A stretch of DNA of 64,000 nucleotides from Gemmatimonadota bacterium. GTDB lineage: Bacteria; Gemmatimonadota; Gemmatimonadetes; Gemmatimonadales; GWC2-71-9. Every line of letters starts with the position of its first letter. The first letter of the stretch is position 1. Location of the stretch: contig QHVB01000026.1 in the NCBI GenBank assembly GCA_003222195.1, positions 71,662 to 135,661 of the forward strand, read 5' to 3'. Under the pieces are notes generated by a model. The model saw only the letters and a list, made by a program, of their open reading frames with translations, made no database searches and was not told where the DNA came from. This document shows positions 47,742-56,299 of this stretch, one piece after another. A program made the translations under genes and the position numbers.

Positions 47742-50125
47742 TTCTTTCCCTGCTGGCCGTGGCGGTGTTCGTCCAAGGGGCGGAAGTCACTGCGAGCGTC
47801 GATCGCACACAGATTCGCGTCGGTGAGGAGTTGACGCTGACGGTGCGCGCGCGCACGCGCTCTGCCGATGCCGTCGAGATCGTGCTTCCGTCACTGAACG
47901 GATTCGCGATCGTCGGCTCCCGCGATATGACGGAAGTCGCGATCAACGGAGCGTCGGGATCCACTCGGACGACGGTTCGAGAGCTGCAACTACGCGCCCA
48001 GCAGGCCGGAGCGCTGCTGATCGGGCCGGTGCGGGCACGGCAGGGCGTGAGCGTCGTGGCGACCGATCCGATTCTGGTGACAGTCGACAGTGCGGCGGAT
48101 CGCACCGCCCTGACGCTGAGCCCGCTGGCGCGCTCGCTGCTCGAAAGCACGCCCGCGCCCGTCTCGCGCCGCGCCGATCGCGTCGCGCTCACCATGCTCG
48201 TGCCGAGCGACACGGTTTACAACGGGCAGCAGGTCGATTTGATCGCGGCGGCTTGGATCCCGCGGGAGTTGAACCAGCGCATGCGGCGGCCGCCGCTGCT
48301 GACGCTGGTCACGCCGGAGGGCGTGTGGGCGTATCCCGCCGCGACCTCATCGGGCGTCGCCCTCTCGCGGCAGGTCGGCGGGCGCTGGATGGATCTGTTC
48401 ATCGCGCATGAGGTCGTCTTTCCACTCACGGCCGGCCGCTTGATCATCCCGCCGGCGTCCGTCGAGTACGCGCTTCCCGTGACCTTCTCATTCTTCAGCC
48501 GTGAGGAGCGGTACACACTGCGCAGCGACTCGATCGCGCTCACCGTCTTGCCGCTGCCCCCGACGAATCCCGCTACGAACGTCGTCGGCGAAGGCTTGCG
48601 TCTCGATCTGCAAGTCGATCCCGCGGCGACGCGCGTGGGAGAGCCCGTCGACGCGTCGGTCACAATCACGGGCGTCGGCAACATGGCGCTGTGGCCCGAG
48701 CCTCCGCTGCGTTGGCCAGCGGGATTTCGCGTGTACCCCGCGCAAATCGAGGTCCGCGTAGCCCCGCAGGCCGGCCGGATCGCCGGCAGCAAGACGTTCC
48801 ATTATCTGGCCGTGCCGGATTCCACTGGCAACTTCAAGTTGGCCGAGGTGCGGTATCCCTACTTCAACGCGACCAGCGGTCGCTACGAGACGGCGACCGC
48901 GACGCCCAAGGCGTTCGCCGTTGCTGCTGGGGCCGAGCCCCGGGCGGCGCGGGTGCTTCCACCGCTGCTGCCGGCGCTGGGCGAGCGTCCCAGCGAGCGC
49001 CTGGGCCAGCGCCTTGGCTGGGAAGGATGGCTCCTGGTGCTGGTGGTGCCGCCGCTCGTCGCAGGGCTGGCGTTGCGCCGCCGGGGCAGGGGGGAGGAGC
49101 GTGCGACTGCCGCCGTGGCCGCCGGTGCGGGGCTCAGCCCTCTCGGTCGACTCGAGCGCGAGTTCCTCGCCGTGCTCGCAAGCCACGTGTCCGATCCGTT
49201 CGCGCGCGACGGCGACGGTCTCGCGCAGGCATTGCGCGCCGCAGGCGTTGACAGCGCCGTCGCTGACCACGTGAAGCGATTGCGCGACCGGCTGCGCGCC
49301 GCGCGCTACGGACCGCGCGGGCTGGGTGATGCGGCGGAGCTCGGGGCGGAAATACAGCAGGTGCTGCGCGTGTTGGGCGCCGAGGGACCGGTACGGACGA
49401 GGCGACCGCATCCCGTCGTGACGACGATTGTTTGCGTGGGGATTCTCGTGGTAGGGTCGCAGCATGCTGCGCCCCTACACGCCCAAACTGCCACGCCGCA
49501 GCCCCCAACGCCCAGCGCCGAGGCGCTGTTCGAGGCGGGTGCGTTGCGCGCGGCCGCCGATTCATTCGCGGCACGCGCCAGCCGCGATCCCGACGATCCG
49601 GCGCATTGGTACAACCTGGGCGCGACGCTGTATCGCGCCGGGGCAGACGGCAAGGCGACCGCGGCGTGGATTCGCGCGGCGCGCCTCGATCCGCGCAATC
49701 AGGCGATTCGGCGCGCCCTGCAGCTGCTGCCGCCGCCCGATCCCGTGACGGAGCAGCTGCTTCGTGTCGGTTGGGCGACGCCCGTCGAGTGGGGATTCTT
49801 CGCTGCGGCGAGCTGGGTTATCCTGTGGCTCGCCGTCGCCTTCGGCGGCGGCCGCCGTCTGGTGATCGCGTTGGTCGGGGCCGTCACGGCAGCGGCCGCG
49901 GTACTCGGAGCGATCGAATGGCAGCGGCGGGATCAGCCGGTCGCGGTGGTGATCGCGGACGCGGCGCCGGTCCGGACCGCGCCGTACGGGGCGGCGAGCG
50001 TGGCGGCGACTGTTCCGGCAGGTGGCGCGTTGCTCGTCAGCCGGAGCTATGGCCCGTGGCGCGAGGTACACCGCAAAGACGGAATTCACGGGTGGGTGCT
50101 GGGAGAGGAGATCCTCGGACTGTGA
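47738..50125 (+). CDS. BatD-like protein continuous in frame with a BatE-like (TPR + TM + SH3-like) module
   Basis: N-terminal signal and the BatD-type repeat VTASVDRTQIRVGEELTLTV. From about 49414 there is a second signal-like segment, then TPR, two TM helices and a C-terminal SH3-like end. No stop separates the two parts. Confidence 0.75.
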   Translation: MILSLLAVAVFVQGAEVTASVDRTQIRVGEELTLTVRARTRSADAVEIVLPSLNGFAIVGSRDMTEVAINGASGSTRTTVRELQLRAQQAGALLIGPVRARQGVSVVATDPILVTVDSAADRTALTLSPLARSLLESTPAPVSRRADRVALTMLVPSDTVYNGQQVDLIAAAWIPRELNQRMRRPPLLTLVTPEGVWAYPAATSSGVALSRQVGGRWMDLFIAHEVVFPLTAGRLIIPPASVEYALPVTFSFFSREERYTLRSDSIALTVLPLPPTNPATNVVGEGLRLDLQVDPAATRVGEPVDASVTITGVGNMALWPEPPLRWPAGFRVYPAQIEVRVAPQAGRIAGSKTFHYLAVPDSTGNFKLAEVRYPYFNATSGRYETATATPKAFAVAAGAEPRAARVLPPLLPALGERPSERLGQRLGWEGWLLVLVVPPLVAGLALRRRGRGEERATAAVAAGAGLSPLGRLEREFLAVLASHVSDPFARDGDGLAQALRAAGVDSAVADHVKRLRDRLRAARYGPRGLGDAAELGAEIQQVLRVLGAEGPVRTRRPHPVVTTIVCVGILVVGSQHAAPLHAQTATPQPPTPSAEALFEAGALRAAADSFAARASRDPDDPAHWYNLGATLYRAGADGKATAAWIRAARLDPRNQAIRRALQLLPPPDPVTEQLLRVGWATPVEWGFFAAASWVILWLAVAFGGGRRLVIALVGAVTAAAAVLGAIEWQRRDQPVAVVIADAAPVRTAPYGAASVAATVPAGGALLVSRSYGPWREVHRKDGIHGWVLGEEILGL
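49451..49478. repeat. second copy of the REP-like palindrome (GTAGGGTCGCAGCATGCTGCGCCCCTAC, one mismatch), inside coding sequence
   Basis: Matches 37218-37245 except T for G at 49457. Encodes VGSQHAAPLH in the batD/E frame. Confidence 0.8.
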
Positions 50126-51825
50126 GCGTCGTCGCGCGCGCGCGCGTCCAGCTGTTGGCGGGAAACGTCGCGGATCAGATCGCCGCCGGTGAAGTCGTCG
50201 AGCGACCGGCATCCGTGGTGAAAGAGCTGGTCGAGAACGCGCTCGATGCCGGTCCCCAGACGGTGCGGGTAGAGTTGGAAGACGGCGGCAAGACACTGAT
50301 CCGTGTCAGCGACGACGGCGCGGGCATGGACCGCGAAGACGCGCGCCTCGCGTTGCAGCGCCACGCCACCAGCAAGATCCGGACGGCGGCCGATCTCATC
50401 GGCGTAGCGACGTTCGGGTTTCGCGGCGAGGCGCTGCCGGCCATCGCCTCGGTGTCGCGCTTCGAGCTGGAGACCTGTGGCGACGGCGACGCTGCCACGC
50501 GCATTCGGGTCACCGGCGGAAGAGTCGAGAGTGAAGCGGAGTCCGTCCGTCAGCGCGGGACGACCGTCACGGTGCGCGGCTTGTTTTACAACACGCCCGC
50601 GCGGCGCAAATTCCTGCGGGCCACGGCGACCGAGACGCGCGCCGCCGTCGAGGCGCTCACCGTCCTCGCCCTCACGCGTCCCGATGTCGCCTTCGCGCTG
50701 ACGAGCGATGGGCGCGGCTTGCTCGACTGCCCGCCGGCCGCGCGGCTGATCGACCGCGTGGGAGCCCTGTGGGGTGCCGAGCTCGCCGAGACACTGCTCG
50801 CGGTGTCGCATCGCGCCGGACCTTTGGAAGTGACCGGGTTCGCCCAGCGCCCCGCGCAAGCCCGCCCCGCGGGCCGCAAAGGCTACGTGTTCGTACGCGG
50901 CCGCCCGATTCGTGATCCGTTCATTCTCCGCGCCGCGGAGGCCGGCTATCGCTCCACCATCGCGCCCGGCGATCGGCCGTCGCTGCTCCTGTTTCTCGAG
51001 CTGCCGGGAGACGCAGTGGATGTGAACGTGCACCCCACCAAGCTCGAGGCGCGGTTTCGGGACAAGTTTTTTGTCGAGAAGGTGGTGGAGGAGGCTGTGA
51101 GGGAGGCGCTGGCGCCTCTGGATTCGGCTGCACCATTGGGTGGTGCCGGGTTTCAGGTGTCAGGTGCCTGGTTTCAGACCGAGGGATCGGCGCACGCCGC
51201 ATCGGGCATCCCTCTCGACCTCTTCGGTGCGCGGTCCCTGACACCCGACACCCGACACCAGACACCGCTTTTGCAGGTCTTCGAGACGTATATCCTCTTC
51301 CAAGCCGACCAGGGCGTCGCGATCGTGGATCAGCATTCGGCCCACGAGCGCGTGCTATACGAAGACGTGATGCGTCAGCTCTCGGGCGATGGCGCGCCGG
51401 CGCAACGTCTGCTGCTTCCTCTCACGCTGGACTTTGCGCCGGCCGAGCTCGATGCGATCGAGGCGCATCGCGAGCTGCTGGCGCGCATCGGGTACGAGAT
51501 CGAGCCGTTCTCCGGCCGAAGCATCGTGGTGCACACGGCGCCCAATCCGCATCCCCGGTTCGAAGCGGCGCGCTGCCTGCAGGAGTTGGTCGCCGATCTC
51601 GCTGGCGGCCGGTTTGGCGGCTGGCAGAATCGACTCGAGCGGTTTGCCGCCACGTACGCCTGCCGCGCCGCGATCAAGGCGGGCCAGACACTCGAGGCCG
51701 ACGAGATGCGCCAGCTCATCGTCCGGCTGCTTTCTGCCACACTCCCCGCGCACGACGTGCATGGCCGGCCCTCGATGGTCCAGTTGCCAAAGGAAGAGCT
51801 GGAACGGCGTTTTGGCCGCACCTGA
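50122..51825 (+). CDS. mutL: DNA mismatch repair protein MutL
   Basis: GHKL ATPase N-terminus (IAAGEVVERPASVVKELVENALDAG, DDGAGM) and C-terminal dimerisation domain (QHSAHERVLYE). The GTG start overlaps the upstream stop (GTGA). Confidence 0.9.
   Translation: MSVVARARVQLLAGNVADQIAAGEVVERPASVVKELVENALDAGPQTVRVELEDGGKTLIRVSDDGAGMDREDARLALQRHATSKIRTAADLIGVATFGFRGEALPAIASVSRFELETCGDGDAATRIRVTGGRVESEAESVRQRGTTVTVRGLFYNTPARRKFLRATATETRAAVEALTVLALTRPDVAFALTSDGRGLLDCPPAARLIDRVGALWGAELAETLLAVSHRAGPLEVTGFAQRPAQARPAGRKGYVFVRGRPIRDPFILRAAEAGYRSTIAPGDRPSLLLFLELPGDAVDVNVHPTKLEARFRDKFFVEKVVEEAVREALAPLDSAAPLGGAGFQVSGAWFQTEGSAHAASGIPLDLFGARSLTPDTRHQTPLLQVFETYILFQADQGVAIVDQHSAHERVLYEDVMRQLSGDGAPAQRLLLPLTLDFAPAELDAIEAHRELLARIGYEIEPFSGRSIVVHTAPNPHPRFEAARCLQELVADLAGGRFGGWQNRLERFAATYACRAAIKAGQTLEADEMRQLIVRLLSATLPAHDVHGRPSMVQLPKEELERRFGRT
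51149..51266. repeat. inverted pair of heptamer arrays (GGTTTCA GGTGTCA GGTGCCT GGTTTCA ... TGACACC CGACACC CGACACC AGACACC) within the mutL linker
   Basis: The 28-nt arms at 51149-51176 and 51239-51266 are 22/28 complementary. An inner 7-bp stem GAGGGAT/ATCCCTC lies at 51181-51187 and 51208-51214. Confidence 0.8.
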
Positions 51826-52801
51826 TACCCGACACCTGACACCTGTCATTGTTGGCCCCACCGGCGTCGGCAAAACCGCCGTCGCGGTCGCGCTCGCATC
51901 TCTCACGCCGATCACCGTCATTTCCGCCGATGCGCGCCAGGTGTATCGCGGCCTCGATATCGGGACCGCCAAGCCCGATCGCGCCACGCTGGCCCGCGTG
52001 CCGCATCGTGGACTCGATCTGGTCACTCCGGGAGAGTCTTACAGCGCGGGACGGTTTGCGCGCGATGCCGCGGCGTGGATCGCGGAAGTGCGCGCCACCG
52101 GCGTGGCACGCCAAATCGTCGTCGTGGGAGGAACTGGCCTGTACGTCCGCGCGATCGCGGACGGACTGTTCCGCGAGCCGCCGTTCGATCCCGCGCGGCG
52201 CGAACAGTTGCGCCAGTGGTCCGAATCGCTCGAAGCCGGCGACCTGGCCCGGTGGGCCGGCCGGCTCGATCCCAACTTTCCCGGCGGCGGCCGCCAGCGT
52301 GCGGCCCGCGCCATCGAGGTGGCGCTTCTGACCGGCCACGCCCTCTCCTGGTGGCAACGGGAGGCGCGCGAGAGCGGTATGCTCCGTCCGTGGTACATTC
52401 ACCTCACCATGCCGCGCGAGGTGCTGCATCGCCGGCTCGCGGCCCGTGTGGACGAGATGTTGCGGGCCGGCCTCGTGCAGGAAGTGCAGCGCCAGCTCGC
52501 GGCCGGCGTGGCGCCCGATGCGCCGGGACTCGACGGGATCGGGTATCGAGAGGTTGTGGCGATGCTGGAGGGCGACTTGCCGGAGAGCGCGTTGTCGCAA
52601 GCCATTCTGGTATCGACGCGTCGCTACGCGAAGCGCCAGGAGACGTGGTTCAGAAACCAACTGCGTGGGGACGAGGGACGGGGGAAGGGGGACGGGGTGT
52701 GGATGCTGGATGCCACCGAGTCGCCGGACATGTTAGCCGCTAAAATTCTCGGGCGTTGGCATACCCTTCCCCCGTCCCTCGTCCCCCGTCCCGGCCTATG
52801 A
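51812..52801 (+). CDS. miaA: tRNA dimethylallyltransferase MiaA
   Basis: [16 protein letters not shown]-loop, ISADARQVYRGLDIGTAKP, RRYAKRQETWFR. The start is uncertain (TTG 51812 chosen; CTG 51836 possible). Confidence 0.88.
   Translation: MAAPDTRHLTPVIVGPTGVGKTAVAVALASLTPITVISADARQVYRGLDIGTAKPDRATLARVPHRGLDLVTPGESYSAGRFARDAAAWIAEVRATGVARQIVVVGGTGLYVRAIADGLFREPPFDPARREQLRQWSESLEAGDLARWAGRLDPNFPGGGRQRAARAIEVALLTGHALSWWQREARESGMLRPWYIHLTMPREVLHRRLAARVDEMLRAGLVQEVQRQLAAGVAPDAPGLDGIGYREVVAMLEGDLPESALSQAILVSTRRYAKRQETWFRNQLRGDEGRGKGDGVWMLDATESPDMLAAKILGRWHTLPPSLVPRPGL
51823..51843. repeat. third heptamer array (TGATACC CGACACC TGACACC) at the mutL stop / miaA start
   Basis: Same unit and orientation as 51239-51266. 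Includes the mutL TGA. Confidence 0.7.
52667..52786. repeat. 23-bp perfect inverted repeat (GGGGACGAGGGACGGGGGAAGGG / CCCTTCCCCCGTCCCTCGTCCCC) with 74-nt spacer inside the miaA 3' end
   Basis: Arms at 52667-52689 and 52764-52786, verified base by base. The G-rich arm is built of GGGACGN heptamers. Confidence 0.9.
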
Positions 52802-53931
52802 GAATCGGCATCACCTGTTACCCGACGTACGGCGGATCCGGGGCTGTCGCCACCGAGCTCGGCCTCGAGCTCGCGCGTCGCGGCCACGAGATCCACTTCA
52901 TTTCCTACGCGAGCCCGTTCCGCCTGCGCGGCTTTGCCGAGCGCGTGACCTTTCATGAAGTGACGCAGCTGGAGTACCCGCTGTTCGAGCAGTCGTCACC
53001 GTACGCGCTGGCACTCGCGGTCAAGCAGCACGAAGTCGCCAAGCGCGAGCAGCTCGACCTGATGCACGTCCACTACGCCATCCCGCACGCCGCCACTGCC
53101 TGGCTGGCGAAACAGATGCTCGAGCACGAGGGATTGCATCTCAAGATCGTGACGACGCTGCACGGCACTGATATCACGCTGGTCGGTCAGGATCCTTCGT
53201 ACTACACGCTCACGAAGTTCTCCATCGAGCAGTCCGACGCCGTGACGGCCGTATCGGCGTACCTGCGGGAGGAGACGTATCGCGCGTTCGGGTGCGGCGA
53301 CTGCGAGGTGCGGGTCATCCCCAATTTCATCTCGGCGGCGGACTACCATCCACCGGCGGACGATTCGTTCCGGCGCCGCCTCGCGCCCAAGGGGGGAGGG
53401 CATCGCGTGCTCGTTCACGTGTCGAACTTCCGGCCCGTCAAGCGAATTGGCGACGTCGTCAGAATCTTTGCCGGCGTCCGCCAGCAGCTCCCCGCCACCC
53501 TGGTCCTTGTGGGCGATGGTCCTGACCGCGACGCCGCGGAGCAACAAGTCGATAGCCTCGGCCTGCGCAAGGATGTGCGCTTCCTCGGCAAGGTCGAGAG
53601 CGTCGGCGATGTGCTCCGCGGCGCGGATTTATTTCTGCTCCCGTCCGCGACCGAATCGTTTGGACTCGCGGCGCTCGAAGCGATGGCGTGCGGCGTGCCG
53701 GTGGTCGCGAGCGCTGCCGGCGGCATCCCCGAGGTCGTGGAGGATGGGAAGACCGGTTTTCTGGCGCCGCCGGGGGATGTTGCCACCATGGTCGACCGGG
53801 CGCTGCGAGCCCTCGGGAACGCGGACGAGCACAGCCGCCTCAAGCGGAACGCCGCCGCGCGTGCGCTCGATTTTTCCGCTGATAGAGTCGTGCCGCGCTA
53901 CGAGGCGCTGTATGAAGAGGTCCTCTCGTAG
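52798..53931 (+). CDS. bshA: N-acetyl-alpha-D-glucosaminyl L-malate synthase (bacillithiol biosynthesis glycosyltransferase)
   Basis: MRIGITCYPTYGGSGAVATELGLELARRGHEIHFI...HVHYAIPHA...TTLHGTDIT closely follows the BshA N-terminal pattern. GT4 EX7E region near the C-terminus. ATGA overlap with miaA. Confidence 0.85.
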   Translation: MRIGITCYPTYGGSGAVATELGLELARRGHEIHFISYASPFRLRGFAERVTFHEVTQLEYPLFEQSSPYALALAVKQHEVAKREQLDLMHVHYAIPHAATAWLAKQMLEHEGLHLKIVTTLHGTDITLVGQDPSYYTLTKFSIEQSDAVTAVSAYLREETYRAFGCGDCEVRVIPNFISAADYHPPADDSFRRRLAPKGGGHRVLVHVSNFRPVKRIGDVVRIFAGVRQQLPATLVLVGDGPDRDAAEQQVDSLGLRKDVRFLGKVESVGDVLRGADLFLLPSATESFGLAALEAMACGVPVVASAAGGIPEVVEDGKTGFLAPPGDVATMVDRALRALGNADEHSRLKRNAAARALDFSADRVVPRYEALYEEVLS

Positions 53932-54749
53932 TGGCGGTCCTCCGCCTGATCCGTGGACCCAATCTCCTCATCGCCGCCGCCGGCGTGTTCGCCGGCGGAT
54001 GGATCGCGCTGGGGCAGATCGCATTGCCGAAGGAGCTGCTGTTCGCGGCGCTGTCGGGCATCGCGCTCGGCGCCGTGGGCAACACATGGAACGACATCCG
54101 CGACGTCGCGGCCGACCGCGTGAATCGTCCCGGGTCGCGGCCCCTCGCAGCGGGACACGTCTCCCGGGGCGCGGCGGATTTCATCCTTTTCGCGGGCACC
54201 TTATTCGGGCTCGTCTTCGCCGCGCTCGTGAGTGGGCGCCAGGTCCTCGCCGCGCTCGCTGCCCTCGCGGTCATGTTTCTCTACTCACCGCTGCTCAAAC
54301 CCCGGCTCTTGGCCGGTAACCTTGCCGTGGCGCTCGTGGCGGGCTCGCCGCCGTTCTACGGCGCCATGGCGGTCGGCCTGCCGGCGGCCGGAGTCGTCCC
54401 GTGGGTGCTCGCGGCATGGCTCCATCTGGTCCGCGAGATCGTGAAGGATGCCGAGGATGAAGCCGGCGACCGCACAATCGGCCGGCGAACGCTGCCCCTC
54501 GTGGTTGGGCGGCGACCGGCTTTGGTCGTGGCGGCGGGAGTCGGATTACTCTTCATCCCCGCCAGTCTGTTGCTGCCGCGGAGCGCCGGATACGGTGGCG
54601 CTTACTTCGTGATCGCGCTGTTCGCGCAGCTGGCGGTGCTGGTGGCGGCCACGTGGCTGCTGCTGGGGCGGGTCGAACGGGTGAGCGCACTGCTCAAGGG
54701 CGCCATGGTGATCGGTCTCATCGCCATGGTCGCGGGAAAGGTCGCATGA
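53931..54749 (+). CDS. UbiA-family prenyltransferase
   Basis: NDIRDVAADRVN (NDxxDxxxD) and KDAEDEAGD second Asp-rich motif; polytopic membrane protein. Confidence 0.8.
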   Translation: MAVLRLIRGPNLLIAAAGVFAGGWIALGQIALPKELLFAALSGIALGAVGNTWNDIRDVAADRVNRPGSRPLAAGHVSRGAADFILFAGTLFGLVFAALVSGRQVLAALAALAVMFLYSPLLKPRLLAGNLAVALVAGSPPFYGAMAVGLPAAGVVPWVLAAWLHLVREIVKDAEDEAGDRTIGRRTLPLVVGRRPALVVAAGVGLLFIPASLLLPRSAGYGGAYFVIALFAQLAVLVAATWLLLGRVERVSALLKGAMVIGLIAMVAGKVA

Positions 54750-55531
54750 CCCTCTGGCAAGGGATTTTGCTCGGGTTGGTGCAGGGGCTCACCGAGTTCC
54801 TGCCCGTCTCGAGCTCCGGGCATCTGCGCGTGCTCGAGGTGGTGACGGGCGTGCGGGCACCGGGCGTGTTTGTCGAGGTCGCGCTCCACGTCGCGACGCT
54901 CGCGGCGGTCCTCGTGGTGTATGGGCGGCGTCTCGTGCAGCTGCTCGCCGGCGCGATCCGCGGCCAGCCCGCCGAGCTTCGCCTGCTCGGTTTGCTCGCG
55001 CTCGCCACGGCACCTGCCGGTGTCATCGGCGTGCTCTTCCATCGACAAGTCGAGGAAGCGGCGACGTCGCTCGTGTACATCGGTCTCGCGTTCATCGTCA
55101 CGGGCTTCATGAACTGGTCGACGCGCGGGCGCTCGGGAGTCAAGCGTGAGCCCAGCGTGCCCGTCGCAGCAGGGATCGGTGGGGCACAAGCGGTGGCGGC
55201 AGTGGTCCGCGGCATCTCACGGTCCGGCTCTACGGTGTGCGCAGCGCTGTGGGGTGGACTCGATCCGGTGGCCGCCGCGGAGTTCAGCTTCCTCCTGTCG
55301 ATTCCCGTGATCGGCGGCGCAGCGTTGGTTGAGGGACGGCATGCGGGGGTGAACATCGCGTCCGTTGGCGCCGTGCCGCTCGCGGTCAGCTTCGCGCTCG
55401 CGTTCGTGGCAGGCCTCTGGAGCATCCGGTTCCTCGTCGCGCTCCTCAAGCGTGGCCGGTTCTACGAATTCGCTCCGTACAACTGGGCGATTGGCGTGCT
55501 CACGATCGCGTACGCGCTGTGGCACGGTTAG
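54746..55531 (+). CDS. uppP: undecaprenyl-diphosphate phosphatase
   Basis: GLVQGLTEFLPVSSSGHL and ISRSGSTV motifs of the BacA/UppP family. ATGA overlap. Confidence 0.92.
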   Translation: MTLWQGILLGLVQGLTEFLPVSSSGHLRVLEVVTGVRAPGVFVEVALHVATLAAVLVVYGRRLVQLLAGAIRGQPAELRLLGLLALATAPAGVIGVLFHRQVEEAATSLVYIGLAFIVTGFMNWSTRGRSGVKREPSVPVAAGIGGAQAVAAVVRGISRSGSTVCAALWGGLDPVAAAEFSFLLSIPVIGGAALVEGRHAGVNIASVGAVPLAVSFALAFVAGLWSIRFLVALLKRGRFYEFAPYNWAIGVLTIAYALWHG

Positions 55532-56292
55532 TCGTCGACGACATTCCCGCGGCCATGCTGGCGCGCCGTTGGGGCATCCCGCAATGCGGTGTGTTCCGGA
55601 CACTCCCTTCCAGTCTCGACGCGATTCATGACCTCGGTGCGCAAGGCGCACCGGCGGGCTCGGTGATCCTCGCCGAAGAGCAGACGGCCGGGCGGGGTCG
55701 GGATGGGCGCACATGGCACTCGCCCGCGGGCGGTGTCTGGCTGGGCATGTTGCTCCGGCCGCCGCTCCCGCCGGCCGGCGTGTTGTCGCTGCGCATCGGT
55801 CTCGTCCTCGCTGACGTCGTCGAAGAGGTGCTCGGCGTTCGCCCGACGTCGATGTCCGGCCCGCGTGCGGCTCTCAAGTGGCCGAACGACGTGCTGGTCG
55901 ATGATCGCAAAGTCGCGGGGATTCTGTGCGAGAGCCGCTGGCAGGGCGACGCGCTGCAGTGGCTGGGCATCGGGATCGGAATCAATGTGGCGAATGAGAT
56001 TCCGCCGGCGCTGGCGGATCGCGCCATCGCGCTGCGAGAGCTCCGGCCCCACGTCCGCCGGCTCGACGTGCTCGATCCGCTCGTGCCGGCGCTGCTACGA
56101 CTCACGACGCACGACGCACGGTTGTCGGAGTTCGAGTGCGCCGCGTTCGCGCGCCGGGACTGGCTGCGGGGGCGGCAGATCCGCACGCCGCTCACGGGCC
56201 GCGCCGCCGGAATCCGGCCGGATGGGGCGTTGCTCGTGGACACCGGCGCGGGCACCACGATGGTGCAGGGCGGCCACGTCGAGCTATCTTAG
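55519..56292 (+). CDS. birA: biotin--[acetyl-CoA-carboxylase] ligase (no HTH domain)
   Basis: EEQTAGRGRDGRTWHSPAGG and KWPNDVLVDDRKVAGIL motifs. Confidence 0.88.
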   Translation: MARLVVDDIPAAMLARRWGIPQCGVFRTLPSSLDAIHDLGAQGAPAGSVILAEEQTAGRGRDGRTWHSPAGGVWLGMLLRPPLPPAGVLSLRIGLVLADVVEEVLGVRPTSMSGPRAALKWPNDVLVDDRKVAGILCESRWQGDALQWLGIGIGINVANEIPPALADRAIALRELRPHVRRLDVLDPLVPALLRLTTHDARLSEFECAAFARRDWLRGRQIRTPLTGRAAGIRPDGALLVDTGAGTTMVQGGHVELS

Positions 56293-56299
56293 CCGCCCC

